A DNA stretch of 64,000 bases from assembly GCA_964410105.1 (NCBI GenBank), contig CAYPFY010000001.1, positions 20,718 to 84,717 of the forward strand. Direction: 5' to 3'. Position numbers and translations under genes: made by a program. The DNA comes from an uncultured Chlorobiaceae bacterium. Its GTDB lineage: Bacteria; Bacteroidota; Ignavibacteria; UBA10030; SZUA-254. The stretch's first letter is position 1, and every line of letters begins with the position of its first letter. Of this stretch, positions 51,766-60,508 are shown in pieces. The notes beneath the pieces were generated by a model. The model worked only from the letters and a program-made list of their open reading frames with translations, was not told the DNA's origin and made no database searches.

Positions 51766-53147
51766 GTCCGTGAGTATTTTGAGAATTCCATGCCGAGCCG
51801 CGCAAGCTTGGACTTGACAAGCGCCGACGCAATGGTCCCGAAATGTTTTCTCCCGTTGCGGCGGAGCTGGTGCTGGCGAACTTCGTTGACGAGGTACCTG
51901 TTCGCGTACCAGTAGAATCTCTTGGTATTCCGCCCCGAATAGTTCAGGTCTCTGTCCGTATGCCCGCTCCAGTCCGCGGGGCCTGTGAGCCGCACTTCCA
52001 CCTCCGAAAAATATTCAGTTCCCTTGATCGGATAGGCGGTGGTCGTCAGAAATGTATCGGCGCCCGTTTCCTTCAGATGCTTGACTGTGAGCTCGATGTC
52101 CTCGATCTCCTCTCCCGGGTATCCTAGCATGACGAAAAGGCCCGTCTGAATGCCGTGACGGCGCGCGAGCTTGGTGACAGTGCGGATTTCTTCCACGGAG
52201 ACTCGCCGCTTCATTGCATCGAGGATCCGCTGCGATCCGCTCTCTGAGCCGTACCAGATCCGGAACGATCCCAGCTCGGCCATTTTCCCGAGAATCTCAT
52301 CCGTGAGCCTGTCGGCGCGCGTGATGCATTCGAAGGGAATCCTGAGGTTCCTGCGCTTCATCTCTTCATGGAAGGCGGAAAACCACCGGTGATTGATCGT
52401 GAAAACATCGTCGGCGAACCAGAGCATGTCGGGTTTGTACCGGGCCAGGATTTCTTCGATCTCGCTGACAACATTCTCCGGAGAACGTCGCCTGTGGGTC
52501 TCACCATAGACGGACCTGCTGCACCACGTGCAGGTGTAGGGACATCCCCGGGCGCAGATCAGCGACAGGGAGCCCCGTCCATGATGCCGGCGCCAGGTTT
52601 CGATATACAGGTTCACATCGATCGATTCGCGGTCCGGCAGGGGAAGCGCGTCGAGATTCGCTATAAGCGGACGGGGAGGGGTTCTTGCGATTGAGCCATC
52701 GTCTTTGCGGTAAGCGATGCCTGGAATAGCGCCGAGCGAGGTTTTGGCCAGGAATGCGGGGATGAGCTCCTCCATCGCCATTTCTCCCTCACCCATCACG
52801 GCCGCGTCCGCACCCCAGGCAACGTATTTTTCTGCATATTCGGGCACATCAGGCCCCCCCACAACCACCGAGCATCCCTGTCCCTTACACACGGTGATCT
52901 GCCTTAAAACGTTCAGTTTTGTCATCAGGTTCGAATAAATCCCGACGACGGAAGGACGGTGCAGCGCAATATAATCGTCGAAATCCTGCTTTGTCCGGAA
53001 TGTCGTGTCGAACACTTTGACATCGAATCCCTTTTTTTTCAGGTAGGCACTGATAGAGAGAATACCGAGCGCGGGGTAGGGCTTCATGATCCGGCGCTCC
53101 GCCTCGTCCTCGTCAAGGAAATAGCCGTGCGTCAGGAGCGCATCCAT
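51762..53147 (-). CDS. Cobalamin-binding (class B) radical SAM enzyme
   Basis: CPYTCTWCSRSVYG motif. The start is set at MDALLTHGYFL, whose ATG shares one base with the upstream stop (TGATGG). The track ORF runs further upstream, but that stretch overlaps the preceding gene. Confidence 0.85.
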   Translation of the reverse strand: MDALLTHGYFLDEDEAERRIMKPYPALGILSISAYLKKKGFDVKVFDTTFRTKQDFDDYIALHRPSVVGIYSNLMTKLNVLRQITVCKGQGCSVVVGGPDVPEYAEKYVAWGADAAVMGEGEMAMEELIPAFLAKTSLGAIPGIAYRKDDGSIARTPPRPLIANLDALPLPDRESIDVNLYIETWRRHHGRGSLSLICARGCPYTCTWCSRSVYGETHRRRSPENVVSEIEEILARYKPDMLWFADDVFTINHRWFSAFHEEMKRRNLRIPFECITRADRLTDEILGKMAELGSFRIWYGSESGSQRILDAMKRRVSVEEIRTVTKLARRHGIQTGLFVMLGYPGEEIEDIELTVKHLKETGADTFLTTTAYPIKGTEYFSEVEVRLTGPADWSGHTDRDLNYSGRNTKRFYWYANRYLVNEVRQHQLRRNGRKHFGTIASALVKSKLARLGMEFSKYSRT

Positions 53148-54652
53148 CAGATAATTCCTTTGGATTGCAGCCGAGAGAGCTTCGCTTCCAGGGGCGGGAG
53201 AGTGGCGGCGTGATAGGCCATCGCGAGCAGATCCCGCACATTTTTTCTGGACATCGACCCGGGATGGACGCTTAGATTTCGCAAGATGTCCTGCCCCTGC
53301 CAGAGTCGGAATCGCTTGTGCGTTACCGTGTGGAGCATCCGGTAAAAATCCGGGACATATGTCCCCCGAAACATCAGGTGCAGATCCTGGCTGTCGACCC
53401 AGTTCTGTTTTTCCCCCAGTTCCGACCTTACTTTTTCGAAAAAGGGAGTTCCGGGGAGGGGATAGGACACCGAGATTCCGATCTCGTCCGGCTTGCATTC
53501 CTTCACCAGGCGGAGCGTTTTATCGATATCCTCCCGGTCTTCGCCCGGATATCCGAATTGAAGGAAAAAGCCCACACGGATCCCGCTTGTGCGGAGCTGG
53601 GACGCCGAGAGACGGATCTGCTCGATAGTTGTCCCCTTTTCCATCGCGTCAAGAATCTTTTGGGATCCCGATTCCGCTCCTATCCAGACCGTGTGGCATC
53701 CGGCGCGGCCGAGATTTCTTATTGTGTCGTCGCGGAGCAGGAGGTCCGCACGCGAGAGGCACTTGAAGGGAATCTTTCCCTTCTCGCCGGAGAGCAAACC
53801 CGCAAATTTCTCCACCCACCCGGGTTTCAGCCCGAAAATATCGTCGCAGAACCAGAGGTGGTCCGGTCTGATGTTTTCCCTGATCTGCAGCATCTCTGCG
53901 ATCACGTTTTCAGGGGATCGGGAGTGGTAAACCTGACCATATATAGGCTTTGCGCACCAGTTGCAATGAAAGGGGCAACCCCGTGTGGTGACGATATTTG
54001 TAGAAAAATATCCGTGTCTTTCCCAGGCCTTCCGATACGAGCGGAAGTCGATGAAATCCCTTGCCGGAAAGGGCAATGTGTCGAGATCATGGAGGAGAGG
54101 CCTCTTCACCGACCGCTCGAGCCCGGACTTATCGCGGTAGGCGATTCCCTGGATTTTCCCAACATCGTGGGATCCATCCTTAACTGCTGAAACCAGTTCG
54201 CTGAGCGTGATTTCCCCCTCACCGAGCACCACAAAGTCGGCGCCATGGTCGATATAGGACTCAGCATGATCGGCCGGGTCAGATCCATGGACGATCACGG
54301 TGCATCCACGGGTCTTTGCGAGCGCGGTCATGCGGAATGCAGCCTCACGCATCCTCTCGAGGCACATCTTTGTGAGATAGTTGAAATCGTCGTCATAAAT
54401 GACAACAATTTTAGGAGAGTAGCGATCGAGGTATAAGGATATTTCCCCGGGGTCTGAGGCGAGCATGCTATCGAAGAGCTGACACTTCAGGCCGCGGGAG
54501 CGGAGGTAGGCGGCGGCGTAGAGGGTGCCAAGCGGCGCATAGGGCATCATTGCGCCGTATTCCTTCGGGTCGAACCTCAGGAAATAGGAGTGCGTAAAGA
54601 GAATATCACACTCCCCCTCGAGCCGGTCTTCTTTGTTTTCTCTTCGGAGCAT
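53147..54652 (-). CDS. Cobalamin-binding (class B) radical SAM enzyme, paralogue of 51762..53147
   Basis: CPFHCNWCAKPIYG motif. The start is set at MLRRENKEDRLEGECDILFTHSYFL, by analogy with the paralogue's LLTHGYFL N-terminus and to avoid the NTase gene. Confidence 0.8.
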   Translation of the reverse strand: MLRRENKEDRLEGECDILFTHSYFLRFDPKEYGAMMPYAPLGTLYAAAYLRSRGLKCQLFDSMLASDPGEISLYLDRYSPKIVVIYDDDFNYLTKMCLERMREAAFRMTALAKTRGCTVIVHGSDPADHAESYIDHGADFVVLGEGEITLSELVSAVKDGSHDVGKIQGIAYRDKSGLERSVKRPLLHDLDTLPFPARDFIDFRSYRKAWERHGYFSTNIVTTRGCPFHCNWCAKPIYGQVYHSRSPENVIAEMLQIRENIRPDHLWFCDDIFGLKPGWVEKFAGLLSGEKGKIPFKCLSRADLLLRDDTIRNLGRAGCHTVWIGAESGSQKILDAMEKGTTIEQIRLSASQLRTSGIRVGFFLQFGYPGEDREDIDKTLRLVKECKPDEIGISVSYPLPGTPFFEKVRSELGEKQNWVDSQDLHLMFRGTYVPDFYRMLHTVTHKRFRLWQGQDILRNLSVHPGSMSRKNVRDLLAMAYHAATLPPLEAKLSRLQSKGII

Positions 54653-54677
54653 GGGATCTCTGAAGCGGAGGGGTCCC

Positions 54678-55598
54678 TTATAAGCGGGGAGCATCGCCCG
54701 ATTCTTCCGCTTCGTGAAGTTTCGCATCATAAAGCGCCATAACCTTTTGGGAGAAATTCCCCACGTAGGCGCGTGATTCGTGCTCGCTTGAACGAAAGAT
54801 ATGGGCGCGGGTCCGAGCGTCATACTGAGGATATCTGCGAGCCCAGACCCGGATCATCATATGCATGAGCGAGCGCTCGAGAGAATCGGCCCAGTGCCCT
54901 GAGAAGGGGATTTCGAAAAAACGCTGAAGCAGACTCTTGCGGTTGTTAGCCTCGTATGAATTGAGCCCGCAGTTCTGGTAGTTGGGGAAAAACTCCTTGA
55001 TCCAGTTATTGGCGTTCAGATAACGGAGATAAAGCTCCATATTGAAAAGGGGCTTCAGGTGGGCGATCTCCGTGGCCGTATAATAGTTTCTCTCTTGGAG
55101 CGTGAGACATTCCGTATCGATGTAGTAGTTGAGGCAAAAGTACTTTTTGCTGTTTAAAAGAAAGAGTTTCTTGAAAAGCATCAAGAGGGTTCTCGTGATC
55201 CAGAGGCGGCCGGGGGAAGTGATGATCACGTAGTCGATATCGCTTCTGGGATTGGCGACCCCCTTCGACAGGTCTCCCGAGATGAACACAGCCCGGACGA
55301 AGGGGAATCTCTTGATAATATGTGCCATGAACCGGGCGATTCTCATCCGTCTCCGGGCCCGGCGATGTCGCTCGGCCCGGATCTTTGAGAATTGACGCCC
55401 GTTGAGCTGAAAAAACCCGTCTGCGGCCGAGAGAAGTCCCTCATCGGTCAGTTTATCCAGCCATGAGCTCATAGTCACCCTGGAGAGGGAATTGGCGGGA
55501 AACAGATAGAAAATCTCATCGGCCGTGAGAGGATGGTCGAAGATTTCGTAATAGAGGAGCGTGCGTCTGAGAAGATGCCTGAATTCCGGGGGGGGCAT
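54678..55598 (-). CDS. Hypothetical protein with a nucleotidyltransferase-fold (Pol-beta-like) motif
   Basis: FISGDLSKGVANPRSDIDYVIITS (GS...DxD). First gene of the co-directional array. Confidence 0.5.
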   Translation of the reverse strand: MPPPEFRHLLRRTLLYYEIFDHPLTADEIFYLFPANSLSRVTMSSWLDKLTDEGLLSAADGFFQLNGRQFSKIRAERHRRARRRMRIARFMAHIIKRFPFVRAVFISGDLSKGVANPRSDIDYVIITSPGRLWITRTLLMLFKKLFLLNSKKYFCLNYYIDTECLTLQERNYYTATEIAHLKPLFNMELYLRYLNANNWIKEFFPNYQNCGLNSYEANNRKSLLQRFFEIPFSGHWADSLERSLMHMMIRVWARRYPQYDARTRAHIFRSSEHESRAYVGNFSQKVMALYDAKLHEAEESGDAPRL

Positions 55599-55677
55599 AA
55601 ATTAATTTACTCTTTTTTCACTCCATTGCAAACATGGCAGTTGAAGTTCAGCCCGCATTTTCCTATATTTTCACGGT

Positions 55678-56436
55678 TTGAAAACGATTCTGACTTCGCC
55701 CACGGCGAGGAAAATCTACCTCCTCCTTACGCTCCTGACCGTTCTTTTCGTCATCTGCAACAACGTGCTTTTCCCCTGGTATGTGAACCAAGGGGCCATT
55801 CTTACCGTTCCCACGGTTGTCGGCATGAGTTTTGACGATGCGCGCCGCTACCTCGATTCCCTCGGCTTCGAGTCAAAGAAGGGGGATGTCAGGATGGACC
55901 GTGAACACGCGGCGGGGGTCGTCATTGCGCAGAACCCCCAGGATGGGAGCAGGGTCAAGAAGGGGCGGAGGATCTACCTGACGGTAAGTGGCGGCGAACT
56001 GCAGGTTGTGGTGCCCAACGTGAGGGGGAGAACCCTTCGCGACGCCACCTTTGCGCTGGAGAAGGAGGGTTTGAAACTGGGGGGTGTCGAATACGCCAAT
56101 TCTGACGAATTTCCGGCAAACACGGTGATCGAACAGAAAATCGCCTCCGGCACGAAGGTAAAGCGCGACGTCTACGTCTCGGTTGTGGTCAGTCAGGGGA
56201 GCAGTTTGCAGAAAATCCCCGTGCCGGATGTGACGGGGAAAACTCTCGCCGAGGCTACGTCCGCGCTGGTGCTTGCCGGGTTGAGGGTTGGGAACATAAC
56301 CCATGTGCCGTCGGCCGACCTCCTGCCCAACACGATTGTGGATCAATACCCCCGGGTGGGGGAGATGGTGGCCGCGGGTCAGGCGATCGACCTTTTCGTC
56401 GTTCAGGGATCGCGAAGCGATGTTCCGGGCAATTAG
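55678..56436 (+). CDS. PASTA domain-containing membrane protein (three PASTA repeats)
   Basis: N-terminal TM helix. Three repeats of about 70 aa (VPTVVGMSFDDARRYL..., VVPNVRGRTLRDATFAL..., PVPDVTGKTLAEATSAL...). Confidence 0.75.
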   Translation: MKTILTSPTARKIYLLLTLLTVLFVICNNVLFPWYVNQGAILTVPTVVGMSFDDARRYLDSLGFESKKGDVRMDREHAAGVVIAQNPQDGSRVKKGRRIYLTVSGGELQVVVPNVRGRTLRDATFALEKEGLKLGGVEYANSDEFPANTVIEQKIASGTKVKRDVYVSVVVSQGSSLQKIPVPDVTGKTLAEATSALVLAGLRVGNITHVPSADLLPNTIVDQYPRVGEMVAAGQAIDLFVVQGSRSDVPGN

Positions 56437-57111
56437 ATGAAGATCGCCCCCTCGATACTCTCGGCCGATTTCCGAAATCTTGAGCGCGACATCCGTCTCT
56501 GCGAGGAGGGGGGCGCGGACTGGCTCCACCTCGACGTGATGGACGGCCGTTTCGTTCCGAACATCACATTCGGACCTGTCGTCGTGAAGGCCATCCGCTC
56601 GATCACGAAGCTTCCCCTCGACACGCACATGATGGTTCAGGACCCGGACCGCTATCTGGAGGAATTCCGTGACGCAGGCTCCGACCGGATCACGGTTCAC
56701 GTCGAGACCTGCCCTCATCTCCACAGGATCGTGGAAAGGATCAGGGAGCTCGGCATGAAAGCGGGGGTGACGCTCAATCCGTCGACTCCGGTCTCGTCGC
56801 TGCGCGAGATTGTGCCTTTTGTGGACCTGGTCCTCGTGATGACGGTGAACCCGGGGTTCGGGGGACAGGCGTTCATCCGCCCCCTTCTCTCGAAGATAGG
56901 GCGGGTGGCGGAGCTGATCGGCCAGTCGGGCGGCGATTCGGCCGTCGAGCTGGAGGTGGACGGGGGAGTGGATGAACGTAATGCGGCAGCGATAGCATCC
57001 CAGGGGGCGAGCGTCCTTGTGGCCGGGAATTCGATCTTTTCCGGGAAGGACATCCGGGGGGCGATCCGGGGGCTCCGCCGCGCGGCGTCACAGCCCCAGA
57101 AAAAAGCTTGA
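56437..57111 (+). CDS. rpe: Ribulose-phosphate 3-epimerase
   Basis: APSILSADF...LHLDVMDGRFVPNITFGP...MTVNPGFGGQ. Confidence 0.95.
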   Translation: MKIAPSILSADFRNLERDIRLCEEGGADWLHLDVMDGRFVPNITFGPVVVKAIRSITKLPLDTHMMVQDPDRYLEEFRDAGSDRITVHVETCPHLHRIVERIRELGMKAGVTLNPSTPVSSLREIVPFVDLVLVMTVNPGFGGQAFIRPLLSKIGRVAELIGQSGGDSAVELEVDGGVDERNAAAIASQGASVLVAGNSIFSGKDIRGAIRGLRRAASQPQKKA

Positions 57112-57136
57112 CACTTACCGAAGAAAACCTTATATT
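57108..57136 (+). promoter_or_regulatory. Consensus sigma-70 promoter TTGACA-17-TATATT upstream of the Lrp/AsnC regulator
   Basis: ttgaca cttaccgaagaaaacct tatatt. Confidence 0.55.
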
Positions 57137-57177
57137 CAGTAATGATTCGGCTAAATATCATTACTAAGTAAGGTTTT
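57125..57177 (+). promoter_or_regulatory. Nested inverted repeat (AAAACCTTA..AGTAATGAT-N10-ATCATTACT..TAAGGTTTT) overlapping the -10 and +1 of the lrp promoter. Candidate operator and/or rpe terminator.
   Basis: Perfect 9-bp inner palindrome and perfect 9-bp outer palindrome. Followed by gcctcattttt. Confidence 0.5.
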
Positions 57178-57201
57178 GCCTCATTTTTCCCTAAGTTTCG
57201 T

Positions 57202-57693
57202 ATGACCGGCACGATCGACGATATCGACCTTGCCCTCCTCGACATCCTCCAGAAGAACGGCCGCACCCGCCGCAGCGAGCTCGCCGACTCGGTCGGGCTC
57301 TCCATACCGAGCATCAGCGAAAGACTCCGCAAGCTCGAAGATAACGGCTATATCACCGGCTACAGCGCCAAAGTTGATCATGTCAAACTGGGGAAAGACA
57401 TCACTGCCTTCATCATGGTGACGGTCGATTCCTCCAAGCATTATCACGCCTTCGTCGAGCACGCCCATTCGATCGACGAGATCCTCGAGTGCCACGCCAT
57501 CACCGGCGTGGGCTCCCACCTCCTGAAGATCCGCACCGAGAATACGGCAAGCCTGGAACGGCTTCTCGCCAGGATCCAATCCTGGACCGGCGTCCACGGC
57601 ACGCAGACTCACCTTGTGCTCTCCACATCGAAAGAAACCACGACGATCAAAATCACAAATACCAAAACACACCACGGGAGTTCCCATGCCTAG
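57202..57693 (+). CDS. Lrp/AsnC-family transcriptional regulator
   Basis: LDILQKNGRTRRSELADSVGLSIPSISERLRKLEDNGYITGY HTH. RAM domain. Confidence 0.85.
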   Translation: MTGTIDDIDLALLDILQKNGRTRRSELADSVGLSIPSISERLRKLEDNGYITGYSAKVDHVKLGKDITAFIMVTVDSSKHYHAFVEHAHSIDEILECHAITGVGSHLLKIRTENTASLERLLARIQSWTGVHGTQTHLVLSTSKETTTIKITNTKTHHGSSHA

Positions 57694-59047
57694 CAAGAAC
57701 GGAAAGTCCGACGTCCGGAAAAAAGAAATCCTCGACAGAGCCAAACGGGAGAACGTGCAGTTCGTCCAGCTGCAGTTCACCGACCTGAACGGGCTTTTGA
57801 AAGGGGTCACCATCCCGGTCTCCAAACTCCAGGGAGCCCTCGAGGATGGGCTCTGGTTTGACGGCTCCTCGATCGAGGGTTTCACAAGAATCTTTGAGAG
57901 CGACATGTACCTTGAACTCGATACGGCCACCTACGCGGTCGTGCCCTGGACGAAGGGGAACTCGCAGCCTGTCGTCGCCAGGGTGATGTGCGATGTCTTC
58001 ATGCCGGACGGAAAGCCATTCGAGGGGGACCCCCGGCACATCCTCAAAAAGCAGCTGGAACGTGCCCGGAAGATGGGCTTCCATTACAACGTGGGGCCCG
58101 AGCTGGAGTTCTTCCTGTTCCGAAAGGAGAATCACACTCTCCTTCCCCTTCCCCACGACACCGCGGGATATTTCGATCAAACCATGGATCTCGCCGTCGA
58201 GATCCGGCAGGAGATGACCGAGATGCTTCACGGCTTCGGGATCGACGTCGAGGCGCTTCACCACGAGGTCGCCGTCGGCCAGCATGAGATCGATTTCCGT
58301 TACGGCGACGCCCTCACGATCGCCGATCAGGCGTCGACGCTGAAATACACGCTGAAATACGTGGCCGCCCACAATAACCTTCATGCCACCTTCATGCCGA
58401 AACCGATCGCCGGGATCAACGGATCCGGGATGCACGTGCACCAGAGCCTTTTCAGCTCGACGGGCAAAAACCTTTTCTTCGATCCCAAAGACGAGTATCA
58501 TCTCTCGAAGCTGGCGAGATCCTTCATCATGGGACAGCTGACGCACATCAAGGGAATGAACGCGATATTGAATCCGACTATCAATTCCTACAAAAGGCTG
58601 GTCGTCGGTTACGAAGCCCCGGTATACATCGCCTGGGGCCAGCGGAACCGCTCCGCGCTGATGCGGATTCCCCGCTATACGCCCGGAAGGGAGAAGGCGG
58701 TGCGGGCCGAGCTGCGGTGCCCGGATCCCACGGCGAACCCTTACCTCGCCTTCGCCGTCATGCTTGCCGCGGGCCTCGATGGAATTCAGAAGAAAATGGT
58801 GCCGCCGCCTCCCGTCGAGGAGAATATCTATGAATTCACCCCTGCCGAGGCGAAGAAGCGGAACATCGGAGTTCTCTCGAAGGACATCATGGAAGCCGTC
58901 GCGGCCCTCGAGAAGGACGATGTGGTTCGCGAAGCTTTGGGGGAATTCGCGTTCAACAAATTCAGGGAGCTGAAACACCAGGAGTGGGACGAATACCGCA
59001 TGCAGGTCTCGGCCTGGGAAGTCGATCAGTATCTCGAAAAATACTGA
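57686..59047 (+). CDS. glnA: Glutamine synthetase, type I
   Basis: GS beta-grasp and catalytic domains. The start is taken at MPSKNG, overlapping the lrp 3' end by 8 nt. Confidence 0.9.
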   Translation: MPSKNGKSDVRKKEILDRAKRENVQFVQLQFTDLNGLLKGVTIPVSKLQGALEDGLWFDGSSIEGFTRIFESDMYLELDTATYAVVPWTKGNSQPVVARVMCDVFMPDGKPFEGDPRHILKKQLERARKMGFHYNVGPELEFFLFRKENHTLLPLPHDTAGYFDQTMDLAVEIRQEMTEMLHGFGIDVEALHHEVAVGQHEIDFRYGDALTIADQASTLKYTLKYVAAHNNLHATFMPKPIAGINGSGMHVHQSLFSSTGKNLFFDPKDEYHLSKLARSFIMGQLTHIKGMNAILNPTINSYKRLVVGYEAPVYIAWGQRNRSALMRIPRYTPGREKAVRAELRCPDPTANPYLAFAVMLAAGLDGIQKKMVPPPPVEENIYEFTPAEAKKRNIGVLSKDIMEAVAALEKDDVVREALGEFAFNKFRELKHQEWDEYRMQVSAWEVDQYLEKY

Positions 59048-59113
59048 AAACCTCCTTCATCAGGGCGATTCCTACTTGAGATTGGGCGGGAAGTTTGCTA
59101 TACTTCCCCGCCC

Positions 59114-59890
59114 ATGACTTCCGTCACCTACACGCTCTCCGGCAGGACGGCTCTCGTCACTCTGAACCGTCCCGAGCGCCGCAACGCGCTGGACGATGTC
59201 ATGATCCGGGAGATCACCGAGTGTTTCACGGCCATCAACAGGAGTACCGACTCCCGGGTCGCCGTGCTCACCGGATCCGGATCGGCATTCTGCGCCGGGA
59301 TGGACCTGGCCTATCTTCAGAAATTCTCGCAGCTCAGCCACGAGGAGAATCTTGAAGATGCCCGCAATCTCATGAAAATGCTCAGGCTTCTGAGCTCCCT
59401 CCGAAAACCTCTCATCGCCATGGTCAACGGCCCCGCGCTCGGCGGAGGATGCGGAATCGCCGCCGCCGCCGATTTCGTCCTTGCCTCCGACCGGGAGGCA
59501 AAGCTCGGCGCCCCGGAGGTCCGTCTCGGGTTTCTTCCCGCCGTCATCCTCCCGTTCCTCATAAAAAGGATGGGGGAGGGATCGGCAAGGGAATTCGTCC
59601 TCAGCGGCGACGTGATCGATGCGCGGGCGGCCATGGCCAAGGGCCTTGTGACCGAGATTGTCCCGCACGACGGTCTGGGCGAAACGGCCCTGGGCTTCGC
59701 CGAAAAACTGTCGCGGATGACGAGCCCCTCGTCGGTCACTCTCACCAAAGATCTTTTTGCCCGTCTTCACGAAATGAACGAGGGAGATTCCCTTGATTAC
59801 GCCGTCAATCTCAACGCCATGGCGCGGAAAACCGAGGATTTTCGGAAGGGGATAGAATCGTTCATCAAGAAGGAGCCGCTTGAATGGTGA
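59114..59890 (+). CDS. Enoyl-CoA hydratase/isomerase (crotonase) family protein
   Basis: ALVTLNRPERRNAL ... GSAFCAGMDL ... MVNGPALGGG. Confidence 0.85.
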   Translation: MTSVTYTLSGRTALVTLNRPERRNALDDVMIREITECFTAINRSTDSRVAVLTGSGSAFCAGMDLAYLQKFSQLSHEENLEDARNLMKMLRLLSSLRKPLIAMVNGPALGGGCGIAAAADFVLASDREAKLGAPEVRLGFLPAVILPFLIKRMGEGSAREFVLSGDVIDARAAMAKGLVTEIVPHDGLGETALGFAEKLSRMTSPSSVTLTKDLFARLHEMNEGDSLDYAVNLNAMARKTEDFRKGIESFIKKEPLEW

Positions 59891-60420
59891 TGGCAGTGGA
59901 GGATCTGCGCGCTGCCATCCGGAATGTCCCCGATTTTCCAAAAAAAGGGATAGTGTTCCGGGACATCACCACACTTCTCAAACAACCCCGGGCGTTCTCG
60001 TCTGCCATCGATCTGCTGGCCGCGCACTGCGGGAAAAGACCGATCGATAAGGTTGTGAGCGTCGAATCGCGGGGATTCATTTTCGGAAGCGTTCTCGCCT
60101 ACAAGCTCGGCGCGGGGTTCGTTCCGGTCCGGAAGCCGAAAAAACTCCCCGGCGACACGATTAGCCAAACGTACCAGCTCGAGTACGGGACCGATTCCCT
60201 GGAAATCCATAAGGACGCCATCCGCCCCGGCGAACGCTCTCTTGTCGTCGACGATCTTATCGCCACCGGCGGAACGGTCCTCGCCGCATGCGAACTCGTC
60301 GAGAGGCTCGGGGGAATAATCGACGGCGTCGCCTTCCTGATTGAACTCTCCTTCCTCGGCGGCAGGAAACGGCTACACAAGTACGACGTTTTCTCCGTCA
60401 TCCAGTACGATACCGAGTAA
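59884..60420 (+). CDS. apt: Adenine phosphoribosyltransferase
   Basis: DFPKKGIVFRDITTLL ... VVDDLIATGGT PRPP motif. Confidence 0.9.
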   Translation: MVMAVEDLRAAIRNVPDFPKKGIVFRDITTLLKQPRAFSSAIDLLAAHCGKRPIDKVVSVESRGFIFGSVLAYKLGAGFVPVRKPKKLPGDTISQTYQLEYGTDSLEIHKDAIRPGERSLVVDDLIATGGTVLAACELVERLGGIIDGVAFLIELSFLGGRKRLHKYDVFSVIQYDTE

Positions 60421-60508
60421 CTGATTTCCCTCCCCGAGCTCGTTCCGCTGAAACCCGCTTTTTCATTGCGGGAGACGGTATTTTATCCTATATTGGCCAG
60501 TCCTCCAC

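Noticed and set aside
53318-54190. 290-aa plus ORF inside the rSAM gene 53147..54652, and 57653..58978 minus inside glnA, and 60488..61855 minus inside tnaA
   Set aside because: Antisense shadow ORFs of clearly homologous genes.
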